A DNA stretch of 64,000 bases from an uncultured Bacteroidales bacterium (GCA_903879715.1 CAIRMR010000040.1:7119-71118); one strand, 5' to 3'. Shown: positions 18,803-28,815, counted from the first letter of the stretch. Made by a program: numbers and translations. Notes: generated from the letters alone by a model not told the origin.

Positions 18803-19621
18803 ATGAAGAAAACAATTTTACTACTCTTTGTATTACTAACTGCAAATCAAATATTTGCCCAAAAATTCAAAATCAAAGGCAGTGATACGGAGCTTCCTCT
18901 TACGCAAAATGAAGCGGAAGAATACATGAAGCGAAACAAGAATGCGAATTTGATGGTAACCGGTGGTGGCTCAGGAGTTGGTTTGTCCGCTCTTTTGAAT
19001 GGAACTACCGATATTGCCCAGGCCTCACGTAGCCTGAGGATGGATGAAAAGTTAAAACTTAAAAACGAAGGAAAAGGATACAAAGAAGTTATAATTGCAT
19101 ACGACGCAATAGCGGTAATTGTTCATCCTTCGAACAAAGTAAGCCAGCTTACCCGTGAACAACTCGAAGATATTTATACCGGCAAAATCACAAACTGGAA
19201 AGATGTGGGTGGCGAAAATCTGAAGATTATAGCTTATTCACGCGAAACCAGTTCCGGCACTTTCGAATTCTTTAAAGAGCATGTACTTAACAAGAAGAAT
19301 TTTGCACCTACTACTTTGCTTATGCCGGCAACAGGTGCTATTGTTCAGAGTGTAAGCCAGACCAGAGGTGCAGTTGGATACATTGGATTGGGATACCTCG
19401 AAAAAACAGTGAAAGCAGTACAAGTTTCGAATGACAAAGGTCTTACTTTCGTAGCTCCGTCGGTTGTTTCAGCTAAAAACAATTCCTATCCGATAAGCCG
19501 CCCGCTCTATTACTATTACCTGACTTCGGTTGAGAATACGGTAAGTTCGTACATCAAATTTGTGCTTTCTCCGGCAGGTCAACAGATTGTTCTAAAATCA
19601 GGCTATGTACCCATTAAATAG
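18803..19621 (+). CDS. pstS: Phosphate ABC transporter substrate-binding protein PstS
   Basis: 272 aa with a signal peptide. GSDTELPL...TGGGSGVGLSALLNGTTDIAQASRSL, ITNWKDVGG, SRETSSGTFEFF. First gene of the pst cluster. Confidence 0.9.
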   Translation: MKKTILLLFVLLTANQIFAQKFKIKGSDTELPLTQNEAEEYMKRNKNANLMVTGGGSGVGLSALLNGTTDIAQASRSLRMDEKLKLKNEGKGYKEVIIAYDAIAVIVHPSNKVSQLTREQLEDIYTGKITNWKDVGGENLKIIAYSRETSSGTFEFFKEHVLNKKNFAPTTLLMPATGAIVQSVSQTRGAVGYIGLGYLEKTVKAVQVSNDKGLTFVAPSVVSAKNNSYPISRPLYYYYLTSVENTVSSYIKFVLSPAGQQIVLKSGYVPIK

Positions 19622-19675
19622 TCCTGATACATTAGCGATATAGCCCCATAAAAATAACTAAGCGAGTATAAATAA

Positions 19676-19771
19676 AGGTTAAGGCTAAGGTTAAAGAAGA
19701 ACAGGAAAGACCTCAATCTGTCACCCTTAGCGAAGTCGAAGGGTCAACCTTAACCTCAACCTCAACCTAAG
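19676..19771 (+). repeat. Nested hairpin in the pstS-pstC spacer built from GGTTAA/CCTYAA words
   Basis: Left arm AGGTTAAGGCTAAGGTTAAAG pairs with right arm CCTTAACCTCAACCTCAACCT at 17 of 21 positions. They enclose an inner hairpin ACCCTT agcgaagtcg AAGGGT (19723-19744). Confidence 0.65.
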
Positions 19772-19850
19772 TTACATAAAAGTATAAGGTTTAACCTTGC
19801 CTGATAAAAGTCAACGCCAAAATAAACATTGAGGCAGTTGCCAAAACCAA

Positions 19851-21062
19851 ATGACCAAAGCCAGAAGAATATACGAGAAGATTGTTACCGGCATACTGTT
19901 TTCAAGCAGTACTATCACCAGTCTTACGGTTATACTTATTATTGTTTTCCTTTTCAGGGAAGGGATAGGGCTTTTCAACAGCACACCAACCGAGAAAAAT
20001 TATGTTATTGCCGTTAGCCGCCAGAACACTATACCAATCATCACATCCAATGAGTTAGCCGATATTTTTAACCAGGATATAACAAACTGGAAACAACTTG
20101 GAGGTAGAAATGATAGCATTGTGCGTTTAACATTGAACGATCTGTCAGGAATTTTTACAGAAGAAGAACTTGGCCCTGATCTCGAATTTTTCCCTCAAAA
20201 ATTAAATGAATTTGTAAAAACCACGCCCGGTGTAATTCTATATCTTTCAAAAGAATATCTTCCGAAAAATTTTGCAGGCAGGATTATTCCTGTTAAAAAA
20301 ATTACACTACTGGATTTTATTTTCGGAAAGCATTGGTACCCAACTTCGTCACCAATACCACAGTTTGGGATCTGGCCAATGATAGTAGGCACTTTAATGG
20401 TAACCTTAGGTGCCATACTGTTCGCGCTTCCTTTTGGGATGGCAACTGCCATTTTTATGTCGGAAATTGCTGGTAACCGTTTGCGTAATATAATGAAACC
20501 TGTTGTTGAACTGCTGGCAGGGATTCCATCAGTGGTATATGGATTCTTTGGACTTGTAGTACTGGTACCTCTTATACAAAGTCTCTTCGGACTTGATGTT
20601 GGTGAAACTGTGCTCGCCGGAAGCATTGTATTGGGCATAATGGCTTTACCCACCATAGTTACTGTAGCCGAAGATGCTCTTCATGCTACACCGCAGTCTC
20701 TCAGGGAAGCAAGCCTTGCCTTGGGCGCTTCTGAATTGCAGACTCTGGTCAGGGTAGTTATACCTTACTCAAAATCAGGAATTTCCACAGCAGTAATTCT
20801 CGGTACAGGCCGTGCAATAGGCGAAACAATGGCAGTTTTAATGGTAACCGGCAACTCTACACATGTTAATTACTCATTTCTACAACCTACCCGCACCATT
20901 CCAGCCACTATAGCGGCCGAACTTGGTGATACATCGTTTGGAGGAGTACATTATAATGCATTGTTTGCACTGGCAATCGTTCTTTTCCTCTTCACTATTA
21001 TAATTAACCTTTCTGTGGAGGTAATCAAAAACAGGAATCAAAGAGTTAACCAACGAGGTTAA
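19851..21062 (+). CDS. pstC: Phosphate ABC transporter permease PstC with an enlarged first periplasmic loop
   Basis: 403 aa. The permease core carries the EAA-type loop (ALPTIVTVAEDALHATPQSLREASLALGAS). About 110 extra residues between TM1 and TM2 contain a PstS-like ITNWKQLGG segment. Confidence 0.88.
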   Translation: MTKARRIYEKIVTGILFSSSTITSLTVILIIVFLFREGIGLFNSTPTEKNYVIAVSRQNTIPIITSNELADIFNQDITNWKQLGGRNDSIVRLTLNDLSGIFTEEELGPDLEFFPQKLNEFVKTTPGVILYLSKEYLPKNFAGRIIPVKKITLLDFIFGKHWYPTSSPIPQFGIWPMIVGTLMVTLGAILFALPFGMATAIFMSEIAGNRLRNIMKPVVELLAGIPSVVYGFFGLVVLVPLIQSLFGLDVGETVLAGSIVLGIMALPTIVTVAEDALHATPQSLREASLALGASELQTLVRVVIPYSKSGISTAVILGTGRAIGETMAVLMVTGNSTHVNYSFLQPTRTIPATIAAELGDTSFGGVHYNALFALAIVLFLFTIIINLSVEVIKNRNQRVNQRG

Positions 21063-21177
21063 TTTCAAGTGAAACAAATATTCTAAACTCTACGTCTCAC
21101 CTTAAAGCTTTTAAACAACAGATAAAATAATCACAAAGCTTTCAATTAATTATGAATTTCCAATAGCCTCATCTAAA

Positions 21178-22035
21178 TTGAATACAAAACAACTCAAACA
21201 AAAAATAGCCTTTACCATCTTCGGAATGATGAGTTTCGTAGTCGTGGCAATATTGGTTATTATACTGGGGTTCATTGCAATCAGAGGTATTGGAGTTATT
21301 AGTTGGGAGTTTTTAACTACTGCGCCGAAAGAAGGAATGACCAAAGGAGGGATTTTCCCGGCAATAGTTGGAACCGGTTGTCTGGTAATCGGTAGTATGG
21401 TATTTGCTTTCCCTGTGGGGATACTTTCGGGAATATATATACACGAGTACCTGTCGGAAAATTGGCTGAAGAAATTTTTACGCATGATGACCAATAACCT
21501 GGCGGGCGTCCCATCTATTGTTTTCGGGTTGTTTGGGATGGCACTTTTTGTGAATTATCTTAAATTCGGGGATTCCATTCTAGCAGGATCACTTACACTT
21601 GGCATACTCGCCCTGCCTGTTGTGATCCGGTTAACGGAAGAAGCATTAAAAGCAGTTCCGGATGGACTTCGGCTGGGAAGTTACGCATTGGGAGCCAGCA
21701 AGATACAAACTATCCAAAAAGTAGTTCTGCCTGTTGCTTTCCCAAATATACTTACTGGCCTGATCCTCTCGATAGGCCGAGTCTCCGGTGAGACTGCGCC
21801 AATTTTGTTTACTGTGGCTGCTTATTTTCTTCCACGGCTTCCGGAAAGCATCAGTGACCAGGTGATGGCGTTGCCTTATCATTTGTATGTATTGGCAACG
21901 AGCGGTACCAATATGGAGGAAACCCGGCCTATGGCTTATGGCACTGCATTGGTACTTGTTTCAATAGTTCTCATTATTAATTTATCTGCCAGCTTGTTAC
22001 GACGTCAGATACACAAAAAGACTAAAATGCATTAA
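21178..22035 (+). CDS. pstA: Phosphate ABC transporter permease PstA
   Basis: 285 aa with a TTG start. LALPVVIRLTEEALKAVPDGLRLGSYALGASK, SGETAPILFT. Position between pstC and pstB. Confidence 0.88.
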   Translation: MNTKQLKQKIAFTIFGMMSFVVVAILVIILGFIAIRGIGVISWEFLTTAPKEGMTKGGIFPAIVGTGCLVIGSMVFAFPVGILSGIYIHEYLSENWLKKFLRMMTNNLAGVPSIVFGLFGMALFVNYLKFGDSILAGSLTLGILALPVVIRLTEEALKAVPDGLRLGSYALGASKIQTIQKVVLPVAFPNILTGLILSIGRVSGETAPILFTVAAYFLPRLPESISDQVMALPYHLYVLATSGTNMEETRPMAYGTALVLVSIVLIINLSASLLRRQIHKKTKMH

Positions 22036-22038
22036 AAA

Positions 22039-22226
22039 GTTCAACTTTGTTCAAGGTTCAAAATTGTTCTAAATATAAATCGAACCTTAAGCTTTATCCA
22101 AATACATCTAAAACACCATGAACATTTGAACCCTTAAACCTTTGAACCTTTGAACCTTTGAACCTTTGAACCTTGAACCTTGAACCTTTGAAACTTTGAA
22201 CCTTTGAACCTTGAACCTTGAACTTC
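22039..22226 (+). repeat. Inverted tandem-repeat hairpin in the pstA-pstB spacer (unit TTGAACCT(T), about 13 copies)
   Basis: Left block GTTCAAGGTTCAA (22049-22061) is the exact complement of TTGAACCTTGAAC. That sequence occurs in at least four registers in the right block (22119-22226). Confidence 0.8.
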
Positions 22227-22256
22227 TAATCCCCAAAGACTAAAGCCTACGAATAG

Positions 22257-23009
22257 ATGACGCACGCGGAAGTAAAAAATATAAATGTCTGGTATGATAC
22301 TATTCATGCTTTAAAGGATGTTAGCCTGAAATTTGAGCCAAATACTGTTACAGCGCTGATAGGCCCGTCAGGTTGCGGAAAGTCTACTTTTCTCAGAATG
22401 TTTAACCGCATGAATGATCTGATTCCCTCATTCCGTATGGATGGTACTGTTATGGTAAACGATCAGGATGTTTATTCAAAAGAAATACGCATCGATGAAA
22501 TCCGGAAAAATGTAGGGATGGTTTTTCAAAAACCAAATCCGTTTCCAAAGTCAATTTTCGAAAATGTAGCATACGGACTCAGGGTAAATGGGAGTAATAA
22601 CAAAGCATTTATTGAAGAAAGGGTCGAACGATCGCTAAGGCAATCGGCTCTTTGGGATGAAGTTAAAGATGTATTAAAAAAATCAGCACTGGAACTCTCG
22701 GGTGGGCAGCAACAACGCCTTTGTATAGCCAGGGCACTTGCCGTTGAGCCAAAACTTATCCTGATGGATGAGCCTGCAGCATCTCTCGATCCCATTTCGA
22801 CTGCACGTATTGAGGATCTTATTTTTGAATTAAAAAAAACTTACACTATCATACTTGTTACACACAACTTGCAACAGGCAGGCCGAATAAGCGATTTAAC
22901 AGCATTTTTTTACATGGGAGAACTGATAGAATACAACATGACAAAGAAAATATTTCTTAATCCTGATAATATTCAGACTCAAAATTACATAACAGGAAGA
23001 TTTGGTTGA
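22257..23009 (+). CDS. pstB: Phosphate ABC transporter ATP-binding protein PstB
   Basis: 250 aa. Walker [10 protein letters not shown], signature [15 protein letters not shown], Walker [11 protein letters not shown]-loop VTHN. Confidence 0.95.
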   Translation: MTHAEVKNINVWYDTIHALKDVSLKFEPNTVTALIGPSGCGKSTFLRMFNRMNDLIPSFRMDGTVMVNDQDVYSKEIRIDEIRKNVGMVFQKPNPFPKSIFENVAYGLRVNGSNNKAFIEERVERSLRQSALWDEVKDVLKKSALELSGGQQQRLCIARALAVEPKLILMDEPAASLDPISTARIEDLIFELKKTYTIILVTHNLQQAGRISDLTAFFYMGELIEYNMTKKIFLNPDNIQTQNYITGRFG

Positions 23010-23115
23010 AAGAAAAATGTAGGATGCCGGATGTTTGATTTCGGATGTTAAACTTATATTGCCCTCTCTCCAATACTCGATTTAAAAAACAAATACCAAC
23101 CCAAACCCACAAAAA

Positions 23116-23790
23116 ATGACTGTTATTGAAAACAACATTAAGCAATTAAAAAATGATCTGTTGCAGATGTGGTCTCTTGTCATCTACCAGATGGAAAAGG
23201 CCAGGTTTGCCCTTATCAATGGGGATCATAATGTTGCGCGCGAAGTTTTGGTAAACGAAAAAAGAGTAGATGCATTTGAGTTAAAGATAGATTTGGACAG
23301 TGAAAACGTTCTTCTTCTCAACAACCCGGTAGCTATTGATCTGAGATTTGTTTTATCGGTACTCAAAATTAACTACAACATTGAGCGTATCGGCGATTAT
23401 GCCAATGCCATTGCTAAAGTTGCAGAACACGCTTCTGGTCCCATGCCCGAGAGTATTCTTCAATCGACTCATTTGCCCGAAATGTTTTTTATAGCACAGA
23501 CTATGCTCCAGGAATCCTACAATGCATTCGAAAAATCAGATCGCAACCACTTAAACATACTTTTCAGTATGGACGAAAAACTTGATAAGCCTAACAATAA
23601 TGCCAATAATACCATCTGCAATCTGATCAGGGAAAATCCGGAGAATACACTGATACTTCTTGATGCACTATCGATTATGCGCAAACTTGAGCGGACTGGC
23701 GATCATATACTTAATGTGGCTGAAGAACTCATTTTCTACTTTGACGCCAACGTAGTTAAGCACAGCAAGTTGCAAAATGATAACTTGTAA
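23116..23790 (+). CDS. phoU: Phosphate signalling complex protein PhoU
   Basis: 224 aa. Two PhoU repeats carry the E/D..D-type motifs IERIGDYANAIA and LERTGDHILNVAE. Follows pstB. Confidence 0.88.
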   Translation: MTVIENNIKQLKNDLLQMWSLVIYQMEKARFALINGDHNVAREVLVNEKRVDAFELKIDLDSENVLLLNNPVAIDLRFVLSVLKINYNIERIGDYANAIAKVAEHASGPMPESILQSTHLPEMFFIAQTMLQESYNAFEKSDRNHLNILFSMDEKLDKPNNNANNTICNLIRENPENTLILLDALSIMRKLERTGDHILNVAEELIFYFDANVVKHSKLQNDNL

Positions 23791-23894
23791 ATTCTGATTA
23801 AATTTTTCTATTGAAGAAGTTATACCATACACCAACTGATTAAAACCATTTTTCTCCAAAACCCATTAATTAATAATCAACATATCTCACAGCA

Positions 23895-24581
23895 ATGGAT
23901 AAATCAAAATATACTATACTTCTTGTCGACGACGAGGAAGATATTCTCGACTTTGTTGGTTATAACCTCAGGAAGGAAGGATTCAATGTTCTTACTTCAT
24001 TGAATGGACGCGACGCGCTGAAACTGGCAAAAACCGATCCCCCACACCTGATCCTGCTCGACCTGATGATGCCTGAAATGGATGGCATAGAAACCTGCCA
24101 GGAATTGAAACGTTTTCCGGAATTGAAAGATACAATTATTGTCTTTTTCACAGCCCGAAGCGAGGATTTTACGCAGATACTCGGATTGGATGCAGGTGCT
24201 GACGATTATATAACCAAACCAATAAAACCTTCCGTATTAATCAGCAAAGTTAACTCACTGTTACGCAGAATACCTGTACAGGAAGAGGATTCAAAAGTTT
24301 TCCAGGCCGGGGATATTACAATTGACCGTGAAAGATATCTCATTACAATTGATGGAAATGAAATTCAACTTGCCCGTAAGGAATTTGAACTATTGAGTAT
24401 CCTTGCTTCAAAACCAGGAAAAGTATTTTCACGTGAAGATATTCTGATGCGTGTTTGGGATGATGATGTTGTAGTAGGTGAGCGGACCATTGATGTACAT
24501 ATCCGTAAAATCCGCGAAAAAACAGGAACCGACCATATTAAAACAATAAAGGGAGTTGGGTATAAGTTTGATCCTCGGTAA
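23895..24581 (+). CDS. phoB: OmpR/PhoB-family response regulator (PhoB-like)
   Basis: 228 aa. Receiver LLVDDEEDI...LILLDLMMPEMDG...TARSE...ITKP. Winged-helix output ELLSILASKPGKVFSREDIL...TIDVHIRKIREK...GVGYKF. Confidence 0.8.
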   Translation: MDKSKYTILLVDDEEDILDFVGYNLRKEGFNVLTSLNGRDALKLAKTDPPHLILLDLMMPEMDGIETCQELKRFPELKDTIIVFFTARSEDFTQILGLDAGADDYITKPIKPSVLISKVNSLLRRIPVQEEDSKVFQAGDITIDRERYLITIDGNEIQLARKEFELLSILASKPGKVFSREDILMRVWDDDVVVGERTIDVHIRKIREKTGTDHIKTIKGVGYKFDPR

Positions 24582-24587
24582 GTTTAA

Positions 24588-24700
24588 TTTACGATTGACG
24601 AATGACGATATAAGAATGAGGTTGCTTACTTATTTAATCGTAACTCGTAACTCGTAAATCGTAACTCGTAAATCGTAACTCGTAAATCGTAAATCGTAAC
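24588..24700 (+). repeat. Inverted tandem-repeat hairpin in the phoB-phoR spacer (7-nt unit TCGTAAM)
   Basis: Left block has 3 units, TTTACGA TTGACGA ATGACGA (24588-24608). Right block has 9 units of TCGTAAC/TCGTAAA (24638-24700), complementary to the left units. Confidence 0.8.
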
Positions 24701-24773
24701 ACTTTGGCTTTGCTCATAATAAAATCGTGAATCCCTAACTCCAAAATCCTAATCCCCAAAACCTTTCACAAAA

Positions 24774-25823
24774 ATGTCCGAAACCACGCCTAAACGATTA
24801 GCACTGATACTTGCGATACTGCTTTCGCTGATGGCGGCTGTGATATTTGTTGTATTTGAAGGAATTGTAATTAAAAAATATTACTGGTTGTTGATCAGTG
24901 GTACTTTTATAGTACTGATCATTCTTCAGTACATGATTTTGAGATATTCACTCGAAAGATTTATCTACGACCGTATTAAACTGGTTTACAAAGCCATACA
25001 CAAGCAAAAACTGAATAAGGATGATAAAAAAGAACAGATTGCCAGTATTCACGGCGATATTATTGGTAAAGTAAACGAAGAAGTTGAAAGCTGGGCAAAC
25101 GACCGGAAAGAAGAAATTGATGAACTAAAGAAGATGGAAGTTTACCGCAGGGAATTCCTCGGTAATGTTTCGCACGAACTGAAAACCCCGCTTTTCAATT
25201 TACAGGGATTTGTACTGACGCTTATGGATGGTGGCATCCATGATCCAAAAATAAACCTCGACTTCCTTGGGAAATCACAAAAGAATATTGAAAGGATGAT
25301 TACCATTGTAGAGGATCTGGAAGTAATTTCACGCCTCGAAACCGGGGAAGCGACTCCGCAACTTTCAAATTTCCCGATTACTGTTCTCGTAAGAGAAGTA
25401 ATGGAATTTCTGGAACCTAAAGCAACGGAACGTAATATTAAACTCCTTTTTGCCGCTGAATACAACGATACAATGATAGTTCGTGCCGATAAGGAAAAGA
25501 TACGTACTGTTCTGACCAATCTTATTTTAAATTCAATAAAATATGGAAATAGGGGAGGCCGTACAAAAATCAGTTTCTATGATATGGACGAAAACTATCT
25601 CATCGAAATTTCAGACAATGGCGTGGGCATTGAGGAACAACACATATCCCGTCTTTTCGAACGCTTTTACCGTGTTGACAAGCATCGCTCTCGGGCTGAG
25701 GGTGGCTCGGGGCTTGGTTTAGCTATCGTAAAACATATTATCGAAGCGCACGACCAAACAATAAATGTACGAAGCGCTCCTGGAATTGGATCCACTTTCT
25801 CTTTTACATTAAAGAAGGTTTAA
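24774..25823 (+). CDS. phoR: Sensor histidine kinase (PhoR-like; two TM segments, no obvious PAS domain)
   Basis: 349 aa. H-box FLGNVSHELKTPL, N-box LTNLILNSIKY, G1 ISDNGVGI, G2 GGSGLGLAIVKHI. Confidence 0.78.
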   Translation: MSETTPKRLALILAILLSLMAAVIFVVFEGIVIKKYYWLLISGTFIVLIILQYMILRYSLERFIYDRIKLVYKAIHKQKLNKDDKKEQIASIHGDIIGKVNEEVESWANDRKEEIDELKKMEVYRREFLGNVSHELKTPLFNLQGFVLTLMDGGIHDPKINLDFLGKSQKNIERMITIVEDLEVISRLETGEATPQLSNFPITVLVREVMEFLEPKATERNIKLLFAAEYNDTMIVRADKEKIRTVLTNLILNSIKYGNRGGRTKISFYDMDENYLIEISDNGVGIEEQHISRLFERFYRVDKHRSRAEGGSGLGLAIVKHIIEAHDQTINVRSAPGIGSTFSFTLKKV

Positions 25824-25995
25824 CCACAGGCACCGGATTTGCCGATAAAGTGTAACACTTTGTGCGCAAATAAAGCCATTATACCGATTTTAACATATTA
25901 TTAATTTTTTTCATAATACCCTTGCAAATATTTTACCGTTACTTTGATATTAATTTTCAACAAGTGTTAAGAAATATATATCAAGTAATAACTTT

Positions 25996-28815
25996 ATGAA
26001 ATTCAAGCTTTTTTTGCCCTCGTTACTTCTTGCCTTAATGAGTTATTTTGTCCAGGCTCAAAATCCAACCCGAGTATCCATTAAAGGAACTTTGCAGGAC
26101 ACCTTGCATGAAGCAATCCCATTTGCTACTGTTATGCTGCTCAACAATGCCGATTCGTCATTGGTCAATTTCCTGTCGAGCAACGACAAGGGTGAATTTG
26201 CATTTAACAATGTGAAAAACAGCACTTACCTGCTTAAAGTGCAGCATATGAGTTTTTTGCCGGTACAAAAACTATTACAACCTTCTGCAACCATACTCAA
26301 TAACCTGTCAGTTGTTACCATGAAACCTATTTCCACCATGCTGATGGAGGTAGTGATACGGGCAGCAAAAGCACCTTTACGTATCAAGGGCGATACTGTT
26401 GAATACGATGCTTCAACCTTTAAAGTTCCGCCCGGATCAACTGTAGAGGATCTGCTTCGTCGTTTACCTGGAATTGATGTGGATGCCGATGGAAATATAA
26501 GCACACAAGGAAAAGACGTAACCAGAATGTATGTAGATGGGAAGACTTTTTTTGGCGATGACCCGAAAAGTGTAACCAAGAACCTTGGAGCTGAAGCTAT
26601 TTCGAAAGTGCAGGTTTACAATGAAAAATCCGAACAATCAAAACTTACCGGCGTGGATGATGGCTCACAGGAAAAAACTATGAACCTCGAACTGAAAGAA
26701 GAATTTAAAAAAGGAGCTTTTGGAAAGGCTAGCCTGGCCGGTGGAACGGAAGACAGATGGGCCGCCAGGGCTAACTACAACCGTTTTAACGATAAATCGC
26801 AGCTTTCTTTTATCGGATATGGAAACAATATTAACCAAACCGGGGTCAACTGGGAAGATTATGGCGAATTTAAAGGCAATAATGCTTTCAATAATTTTGA
26901 TAACGGCGATTTCGGATTTAACCGCAACGGCGGACATATGTTCTATTTCAGCAGCGATGATTCACCGGTGAGCAATTACGACGGAAAAGGCCTTACCGAA
27001 AATTATGGCGCAGGAACCAACTTCAATTTCGACAATAAAAAAACCAAATTTAACGCCAGTTATTTCTACAACCAAACTCAACTGGATTTTGACCAGAAAA
27101 GTTACCAGAAAACATACCTGGACGGTGAAAATGCTTTTGAACAATATGATTCACTGGTAAACGATGATTTCCGTTCGAGCCACAGCATTGCTACACGCTT
27201 TGAGCAGGAATTTGATTCCAGCAATAAACTTATAGTGAAAGCCAATTTCCGTTACTCTTTAAACAATAACAATAAAATCAACAACCAGCAATTCAGCGAT
27301 TATACACTTGAGCCATACAATTCGCTTAAACTTGATAACACAACGGATTTAGCTGCTTCAAAAATTACCTCTGCAGCCATTTACAGGCATCTTTTCAAAA
27401 AGAAAGGACGCTCTTTTGCTATCAGTGGCGGATACAACAGTAATACTAACGATGGTACGGAGAATTATAACTCCATAAATAAGTTTTTCGAAGCAACAAC
27501 TCCAACTGAGCAGATTCAGCAAATGATAAATACTGGTAAAAATGTTAATGAGTTAAAATCAAGTGTTCTGTATACAGAGCCTTTATCGAAAAAAATATTT
27601 TTAGAATTCTTTTACAACTTTAGCCAGTTAACCAATAAGAGTAACCGACAGGCTTATCCTTTCGGAAATGAATTACGTATCGATAGCCTTAGCTCTTATT
27701 ACGATCAGGTAACAATGTATAACCGCTTAGGTTCTGTGCTCAGGTACTCATACAATGGGCTAAATGCTTCTGTCGGTTTTGCCATGCAGCAATTGAAACT
27801 TACCGGCTTATACTCGCTCGACGAAGGTCTGCCATGGTACAATGAGAATGTGACTAAAGACTATCCAAACTTCACACCTAATTTAAACGTAAATTATGAA
27901 TTCAAAAATAATATGCGCCTGGATTTAGCATATTCAAATGATATTTCTGCGCCTGATTTTAATGATCTTCAACCCGTTAAGAACCTGAGCAATCCATCCT
28001 ACCAGGTAATTGGCAATCCCGATCTGATTCCCGAAAATGCGCATAATGTTGAATTTGGTGTGCATTACTGGAACCCATCATCCTTTTCGAGTATTGGAGT
28101 GAATGTAAATTATGGAATAACGAAAAACCCTATCGTCTATAGTCAGAGTTCTCACTTCGATCCTAAAACAGGTATGATCACTACATCCACCCCTGAAAAT
28201 ATGGAACAGGGTACCAATATGGGTTCCTGGTTATGGTCGAGTATGCCAATCATCAAGACCAAGCTCACTATTGATATAAATGGCGGAGCAAATATGTCGA
28301 ACAGGCCGACACGTATCAATGATACACTAAACGACATTAAATCACAGAATTATAACTTAGGAAGCAACCTTAATTATACAGCAAGCAGCAAACTGATACT
28401 CTCTGTTGGTGGAAGCGGTGGTTTCAGTAAAATCAGGTACAATAAAAGTGAAATGAATAACCAGGATTACTTCAATTATGTAATCCGATCATCAATAAAA
28501 TGGCAATTTATTGACCGTATGTTCTTTGAGAGTAATTTCAACTACTCAGTGTTTAAAAATGAAAGCTTTAATTTTGATCAGTCAATTCCTTTATGGAATG
28601 CTTCGGTACGCAGGATTATGGGTAAGAAAAACAAGTTTGAAACACGTCTGGCAGTCTTCGATATTTTCAACCAAAATGTAAATATTAATCAATATGCCTT
28701 CAATAACATTGTAGGAACAAGTAAAACAAATACACTTGCACGTTATTTTATGCTGAGTATAACATACAATATGAAAGGTTTTGAGAATAAAATCCAGAAA
28801 AACAGGTTCATGTAA
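25996..28815 (+). CDS. Outer membrane beta-barrel family protein (TonB-receptor-like, OMP_b-brl_3 type)
   Basis: 939 aa with a signal peptide. CarboxypepD_reg-like VSIKGTLQDTLHEAIPFATVMLL. Plug-like GDTVEYDASTFKVPPGSTVEDLLRRLPGIDVDADGNISTQGKDVTRMYVDGKTFFG. Asn/Ser/Tyr-rich barrel ending in ...RFM. Confidence 0.8.
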   Translation: MKFKLFLPSLLLALMSYFVQAQNPTRVSIKGTLQDTLHEAIPFATVMLLNNADSSLVNFLSSNDKGEFAFNNVKNSTYLLKVQHMSFLPVQKLLQPSATILNNLSVVTMKPISTMLMEVVIRAAKAPLRIKGDTVEYDASTFKVPPGSTVEDLLRRLPGIDVDADGNISTQGKDVTRMYVDGKTFFGDDPKSVTKNLGAEAISKVQVYNEKSEQSKLTGVDDGSQEKTMNLELKEEFKKGAFGKASLAGGTEDRWAARANYNRFNDKSQLSFIGYGNNINQTGVNWEDYGEFKGNNAFNNFDNGDFGFNRNGGHMFYFSSDDSPVSNYDGKGLTENYGAGTNFNFDNKKTKFNASYFYNQTQLDFDQKSYQKTYLDGENAFEQYDSLVNDDFRSSHSIATRFEQEFDSSNKLIVKANFRYSLNNNNKINNQQFSDYTLEPYNSLKLDNTTDLAASKITSAAIYRHLFKKKGRSFAISGGYNSNTNDGTENYNSINKFFEATTPTEQIQQMINTGKNVNELKSSVLYTEPLSKKIFLEFFYNFSQLTNKSNRQAYPFGNELRIDSLSSYYDQVTMYNRLGSVLRYSYNGLNASVGFAMQQLKLTGLYSLDEGLPWYNENVTKDYPNFTPNLNVNYEFKNNMRLDLAYSNDISAPDFNDLQPVKNLSNPSYQVIGNPDLIPENAHNVEFGVHYWNPSSFSSIGVNVNYGITKNPIVYSQSSHFDPKTGMITTSTPENMEQGTNMGSWLWSSMPIIKTKLTIDINGGANMSNRPTRINDTLNDIKSQNYNLGSNLNYTASSKLILSVGGSGGFSKIRYNKSEMNNQDYFNYVIRSSIKWQFIDRMFFESNFNYSVFKNESFNFDQSIPLWNASVRRIMGKKNKFETRLAVFDIFNQNVNINQYAFNNIVGTSKTNTLARYFMLSITYNMKGFENKIQKNRFM

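Noticed and set aside
25889-25895. Pho box upstream of the 939-aa barrel gene
   Set aside because: There is only one TTTAACA heptamer. The neighbouring phased positions (ATTATAC, ATTAATT) are poor and no TAnnTTTG box lies at the +16 offset.
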